DNA of 32,209 bases, from positions 1 to 32,209 of the forward strand of contig JAITJY010000082.1 in assembly GCA_031278675.1 (NCBI GenBank), written 5' to 3'. The notes beneath the pieces were generated by a model. The model saw only the letters and a list, made by a program, of their open reading frames with translations, was not told the DNA's origin and made no database searches. This stretch comes from Bifidobacteriaceae bacterium. GTDB lineage: Bacteria > Actinomycetota > Actinomycetes > Actinomycetales > WQXJ01. Position numbers and translations under genes: made by a program. Shown one piece after another: positions 30,301 to 32,209 of this stretch (position 1 is its first letter; every line of letters begins with the position of its first letter).

Positions 30301-31089
30301 CGACGATGCCGTCCGCACCACATCGGAGACCGACAACGGATCGCGGATGGCCCGCTCCGGGTCCCGCCCGGCCAGGATCATCTGCGTTTCGGAACCGCGC
30401 CGCATCCGCGCCATCAGGTTGTCCAACGCGAACAACGCGAACAGTTTGTCGGGGTCGGTTTCCGACTGCTCCAATTCGTCGAGAATCTTCAGGGCACGTC
30501 CCACCAGCGAGATCTCGCGGCGCGCCGCAGTGTTGATCGCCTGCGGAATGGCTTCTTCGAGGACCCCGGCCGCTTGGCGCGGTGGTGGGGCTTCCGGTAG
30601 CTGGTAAGCCGACTCTGCCGGCGGCTCCGACGGCGTAACAACCTGGACCTGTTGCAACTCGGCGGCGGGGCGCCGGGCAGGCAGTGCGGCCGCAGGCACA
30701 ACCGCAGGCACAACCGCAGCGGACGGCTCAGCGATGATTGAACCGAAGGGTGCGCCGGCTTCGCCACCTGGCGGGGCTTGAACCGCTACCACCTCGCTCG
30801 CAACCCCGAGCGAGCCCGCCGGCAACTGTGCCACCGGGCCCTGCGGGACGCCCTGTTGAGCGACGGGGGGCAACAGTGCCACCCCACCTCCGCCACTAGG
30901 CATGTGTCCCAAGACAGAAGCGACCTCGGAGCGGAGGTCCTTAACCCCCCGCAACATGGACACCAGGACCACCAGTGCCACAATCGCCAGGAGCGTCAGG
31001 ATCGCTCCAATTTGGACCAAATTGGGGAAGCTGGCCAAGTCGAAGAGCTGATCCAGCCCCGTCTCGGCCAGAACTTGGATAGTTCGCAT
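27334..31089 (-). CDS. cvnA: Conservon sensor-kinase-like membrane ATPase (CvnA) with very long Pro/Gly-rich tail
   Basis: One N-terminal TM; RR..SLV.R.L..LDELE..E.DPD.L..LF.LD.L..RMRR; HATPase boxes LAHLVAELLENA, ISDTGVGM, LGVVVVARLA, GTTA; family C-terminal RD....R..LS.FQ.G.RRGR. ATG 31089 by TGATG coupling. Confidence 0.9.
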   Translation of the reverse strand: MRTIQVLAETGLDQLFDLASFPNLVQIGAILTLLAIVALVVLVSMLRGVKDLRSEVASVLGHMPSGGGGVALLPPVAQQGVPQGPVAQLPAGSLGVASEVVAVQAPPGGEAGAPFGSIIAEPSAAVVPAVVPAAALPARRPAAELQQVQVVTPSEPPAESAYQLPEAPPPRQAAGVLEEAIPQAINTAARREISLVGRALKILDELEQSETDPDKLFALFALDNLMARMRRGSETQMILAGRDPERAIRDPLSVSDVVRTASSQIEHYERIRISMDWDPMIRSYAVVPLAHLVAELLENATAFSPEGAAVEVGATNHHGDVVVSISDTGVGMSPAELATLNRIAREGAGPEDLAHGRLGVVVVARLAARLGAAVSFAPGQNEEGRGTTAILRIPSKLVDDRPASGPHPALGPEALVLPPQPNLEPSVVTAAPPTAETFRPVQLASAPGDLPKRGEPAQAPSSGVPPRSAPPPARPRTDVPVSAPAGIIPAATTHAAAPARPDRTSGFVPLGARFSPLGEGANPAAALPRHSADGHTVLERPVTGGAGAGPDGVPGSVPGSAPGSVPAGGSASGGVPVGGAVPGGTPRGGTPARGATAPGGPPSAGQGPLADAAAARGAGAAPRAGRTAGSSGDLPAFSEALATGEQPARMPVRRRPASIKRGGAESFPPVPGSPGAMPSPSATAPPGLIPPTGAAKQAPEGSGAAAPGPVAPGKATGESAPAGAGVDGSRGPSSGAVRPGTSGPTGPGAGRVAPTGPGGPDAARPGAGGPSGSTGPQAGRPGAPGPSGPSGPPGGGGGRPGPSGPTGPGGARTQPPGPAGQTGARQASDGAEPGRPGPTGPPLGSLKQAPGGLPQRGAAPPVRGPGPVVSAAGGPREERAPSGPLPLRQFGQVPSRGQAAPDQADPSQSALAVPPLGVPAPGQIPGPISPAGPPGPPGPGPGAPLPGALPGPASVPPGQIPRPGGPAQGIPAPGGPGGPGGPGGIGGPLQGVPAPGGPGGPVQAGPGVLVPGGPAGVGGPAQPGPVAGQFSPGGGTEGAVQFKPPPAVAAPGGVMTPGTMSPGTMTPGVIAPGAMTPGTMTPGTMTPGTMTPGTMTPGQVAPTGVGGRPATQVAAPSRVDAPSARPAFPHTGSFTAGGTMMQPGGGNSALAIPDLGSPIAGSAIALKASIQEEALAELAGLAAYKPERTESKPASSLARRQTGASSVPAVAPPVTSPPKARDADKIRSALSAFQIGTRRGRSGSRASAGKG
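27796..27930 (-). repeat. 9 x 15-bp coding repeat (TMTPG pentapeptide) in cvnA
   Basis: VMTPG TMSPG TMTPG VIAPG AMTPG TMTPG TMTPG TMTPG TMTPG. Confidence 0.92.
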
Positions 31090-32207
31090 CAGGTGCAGAG
31101 TCCTTTCCGGCCGTCCCACGGGTAGCCCGTCTCACCGTTGGGTCCCTTGGTGGGCCACACGAAGTCTACGTAATCTTCGCACTGCTGGAGGGAAAACTGG
31201 TACTGCTTTTCGCGCGCCGGCCCGGTTACTCCGTCCCAGGGGTCCAGCAAGCGGTGGCAGCTATCGTTTGTCCTGTTCATCGCAGAGTTGGTGCAACTAC
31301 GGAACTCCCAGCCAGCAAACCAGATCTTGTGCCTGTCGCCATAGTCCCCGTCCTCCATTGAGGCTTTATGTCCCACCGCACCGCGTGGGTTATAGCCTTG
31401 GCCCCACCATTGGCCGTCCATCTTACGCCACAACACGTAGCCTTGCCCAGTCTGGACGTGCTCCACATTAACATCAAGCCGTTCGATGGGGTAGTGGTCG
31501 ATATGTTCATAGCTGGTGGTCACGCCCCAGCCGTACAAAGCGCCAGTACTCGACAGAGCCGTCATGGCCGTCAAGGCCGAAGTCATCCGGACAAACTTGA
31601 CACCAGCGGGCTGGTCCAAGTAGCCGGGGTTGCGCGCTTGCTCGCTGCTGCAATCGGACGTCGAGGTCCCGCCGCAAGCCCGGCCAATCGCCTGGATACC
31701 AGACGAACCCCAGGTCAGGACGCGGCCCGTGGAAAGCAACGCAGCCCCAAAATAAATGCCGGAGTGGACTTGGATGATGTATTCGTCGGGGTTGTTCGCG
31801 CGGAACCAGGGAGAGAGCGCTTCGGTCCGGACCGGCACTACTTTCCGCGAGCTGTCTGGAGTAACTCCCCCGGAATAAATCAGCCCGGGGCCACCTTGCG
31901 CCCCCGGCACCTCAAAGTTATCCGAGCCGCCCAGGTGCCACACTTCGCCGTTCTCCATCATGATCCAGGTTGTTTGGTAGCCCGATTCAACCTGGGTGGG
32001 CATGTAGCCCTCAATGGTCGGCGACGGCAGGCCAACGCCATCGGTCGCCAGATAAGCCACCTGGGTCGCTCCGACGCTCCAGCCACGTCCACCGTAGAAG
32101 GACCGTCCCCAGGAATAGATCCAACCTTGCTTGTCCACGGCCACGCCGCCGTAGTGCGCGGTCGAGATCATTTGGATGTTGCACAGTTCCGGCTTGGATG
32201 AGTTCCA
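31089..32207 (-). CDS. RCC1/BLIP-II-like beta-propeller repeat protein, N-terminus beyond window edge
   Basis: Frame open to the edge (WNSSKPELCNIQMIS...). Five repeats of the type I.QV.SG..F..AL...G.V..WG; several Cys pairs suggest an extracytoplasmic location. Confidence 0.75.
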   Translation of the reverse strand, partial: WNSSKPELCNIQMISTAHYGGVAVDKQGWIYSWGRSFYGGRGWSVGATQVAYLATDGVGLPSPTIEGYMPTQVESGYQTTWIMMENGEVWHLGGSDNFEVPGAQGGPGLIYSGGVTPDSSRKVVPVRTEALSPWFRANNPDEYIIQVHSGIYFGAALLSTGRVLTWGSSGIQAIGRACGGTSTSDCSSEQARNPGYLDQPAGVKFVRMTSALTAMTALSSTGALYGWGVTTSYEHIDHYPIERLDVNVEHVQTGQGYVLWRKMDGQWWGQGYNPRGAVGHKASMEDGDYGDRHKIWFAGWEFRSCTNSAMNRTNDSCHRLLDPWDGVTGPAREKQYQFSLQQCEDYVDFVWPTKGPNGETGYPWDGRKGLCT

Positions 32208-32209
32208 AG

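Noticed and set aside
27700-30600. Overlapping plus-strand ORFs within cvnA, or a separate collagen gene
   Set aside because: Products of low-complexity GC-rich sequence; G-X-Y runs are short and interrupted and lie within the continuous CvnA frame.
1-32209. tRNA/rRNA genes, integrase, transposase or prophage
   Set aside because: None recognised in any intergenic region or ORF by eye.

Overview
High-GC actinobacterial chromosome segment (Micrococcales/Actinomycetales-like, judged from EF-Tu/RpoB sequence style); almost everything is on the minus strand. Core block: rpoB-rpoC-rpsL-rpsG-fusA-tuf. Downstream of tuf (left) are a repeat-rich intergenic region, a DUF1345 membrane protein with a 27-bp repeat tract, a stand-alone EF-Tu domain-II-like protein, a TauE/SafE transporter, cimA with an Ile/Val leader-peptide attenuator, and a convergent partial LLM-family oxidoreductase. 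Upstream of rpoB (right) is the most interesting locus: one tightly coupled operon of RCC1-like propeller > conservon (CvnA kinase-like with the family His replaced by Asn and an ~850-aa Pro/Gly tail; roadblock/LC7; DUF742; MglA/CvnD-type small GTPase) > Aer-type PAS protein > PilB > PilT > PilC. I infer a candidate small-GTPase switch wired to a type IV pilus motor. All family calls come from motif recognition; no database searches were run.
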